Shown here piece after piece: positions 62,880-64,000 of a stretch of 64,000 nt of DNA. How positions within the stretch are numbered: position 1 is the stretch's first letter; each line of letters starts with the position of its first letter. Position numbers and translations under genes: made by a program. The stretch lies in NCBI GenBank assembly GCA_964252035.1, contig OZ176201.1; one strand, given 5' to 3'. This stretch comes from Podarcis erhardii. Lineage: Eukaryota. The notes under the pieces were generated by a model. That model was not told where the DNA came from. It was given only the letters and a program-made list of their open reading frames with translations, and ran no database searches.

Positions 62880-63020
62880 GCTGATGTCAAATCTCTGCCC
62901 AGCCTTTTATCTTGGTGGGTGACCCTTGGGCAAGTCATGATCCCTCAGCCTAACCTGCCTTTCTGGGTTACTGTGAAGATAAAATCAACCCTACACTACC
63001 CTTCGTTCCTTGGAGAAAGG
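62880..63020 (+). mobile_element. MIR/CORE-like SINE upstream of the promoter
   Basis: GGGTGACCTTGGGCAAGTCA...CTCAGCCTAACC..CCT..CTGGGTT.CTGTGAAGATAAAAT. Confidence 0.6.
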
Positions 63021-64000
63021 GAAGCATGAAAATGCAGTGTAACAATCCCAGTAACAGAGCAAGTACACTGACAGGAATGCATAGACATGTGGACAGGGGC
63101 ACTAAGTGACCCTGTGAAATCATACTTGCTGACTTTGGTTCCATGCTAACAAACACACTTGCCATGCATATTGCCAGCTGCAGAAATAGATGAGTAGAAG
63201 GGGGGGGGGTCACCCAGCCATACAAATGTGCAAATCAGGACAAACTTACGGAATGCTTGACATAAGTATGTGTATCACTTTGCCACTGCATGGCCAGGTG
63301 CATACACATGGATTCATATGTGTGTCTGAAACACACAGAGATAAGCACACACTGTAGCTCTTACCATGTAAAAGAGCATTTTAAACACATGGGAGTCATT
63401 GAAAGATCTCTCTCCATCTGCAGAAACCAGCGCCTCGGGGACCTGACCTGCTATTTCCTCCTCCAGCTGTTTGTTGTTTTGTTTCCTTTCCTCTCCCCCC
63501 CCGCCCCCCCCCATTTAGAGAAGTCTGCTTTAATAAGTGCATCACTAACCTTTTAAAGCACAGTAAGGACAAAGGCAGCCAAGCTGTGCCAAGGATCAGG
63601 ACCACTTCTTGGCATCTGTGGCTAAGCTGCTCTTTTGCTGTGATTACTTAAGAGCAGTTATGCTAGAAAACAATGAGTCCAGTAGCCTCTTGTTCTAGTT
63701 GGCGGAGAATACAACCAACTTATTCTAAAAGCGGAGCTTATTACCAATTTTCTTTTTTTCTTTTTGTGGACTTACAGGTGTTGACAGCCTGTAAAGTGCA
63801 GGCTTTGTTCACCATTCTTATGGGATGTTATCCTTTTGTGGATGTCCTGCAGAGAAGACAATTATTCTTAAGTAATTCCCTGATGGCAGATAACAGAATT
63901 CCGGCTTTTTAGAAGCTTAAAGGATTGAAGGCCATTTCACACTTTGCATAGAAAGCATGTTTCCCCATGTGCCCACCATGTGTCTTGCAGTCATGTATGA

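Overview
Vertebrate genomic DNA, not prokaryotic. The repeat content (Sauria SINE, squamate-type L2 tails, BovB fragment) points to a squamate, most likely a lacertid lizard (inference). The window holds the 5' half of FLT4 (VEGFR3) on the minus strand. It includes the CpG-island promoter (~60.9-62.3 kb) and coding exons 1-11 (61512 down to 3470), all with GT-AG boundaries. The exons join in frame to give 1596 nt / 532 codons (signal peptide, Ig domains D1-D4, part of D5). Exon 12 onward was not found and probably lies left of the window. Introns are filled with LINE/SINE fragments and non-autonomous DNA transposons, several with perfect target-site duplications (TSDs) and nested insertions. 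I see no novel protein-coding system. The best leads are: a dense ETS/FOX:ETS/SOX motif cluster in intron 11 (candidate endothelial enhancer); inverted L2 tails bracketing the in-frame-skippable exon 5-6 block; in-frame expansions of exons 3, 7 and 11 relative to human; and a young 169-bp MITE with telomere-like repeats. Nearly all other ORFs in the supplied track are chance, repeat-derived or CpG-island ORFs.
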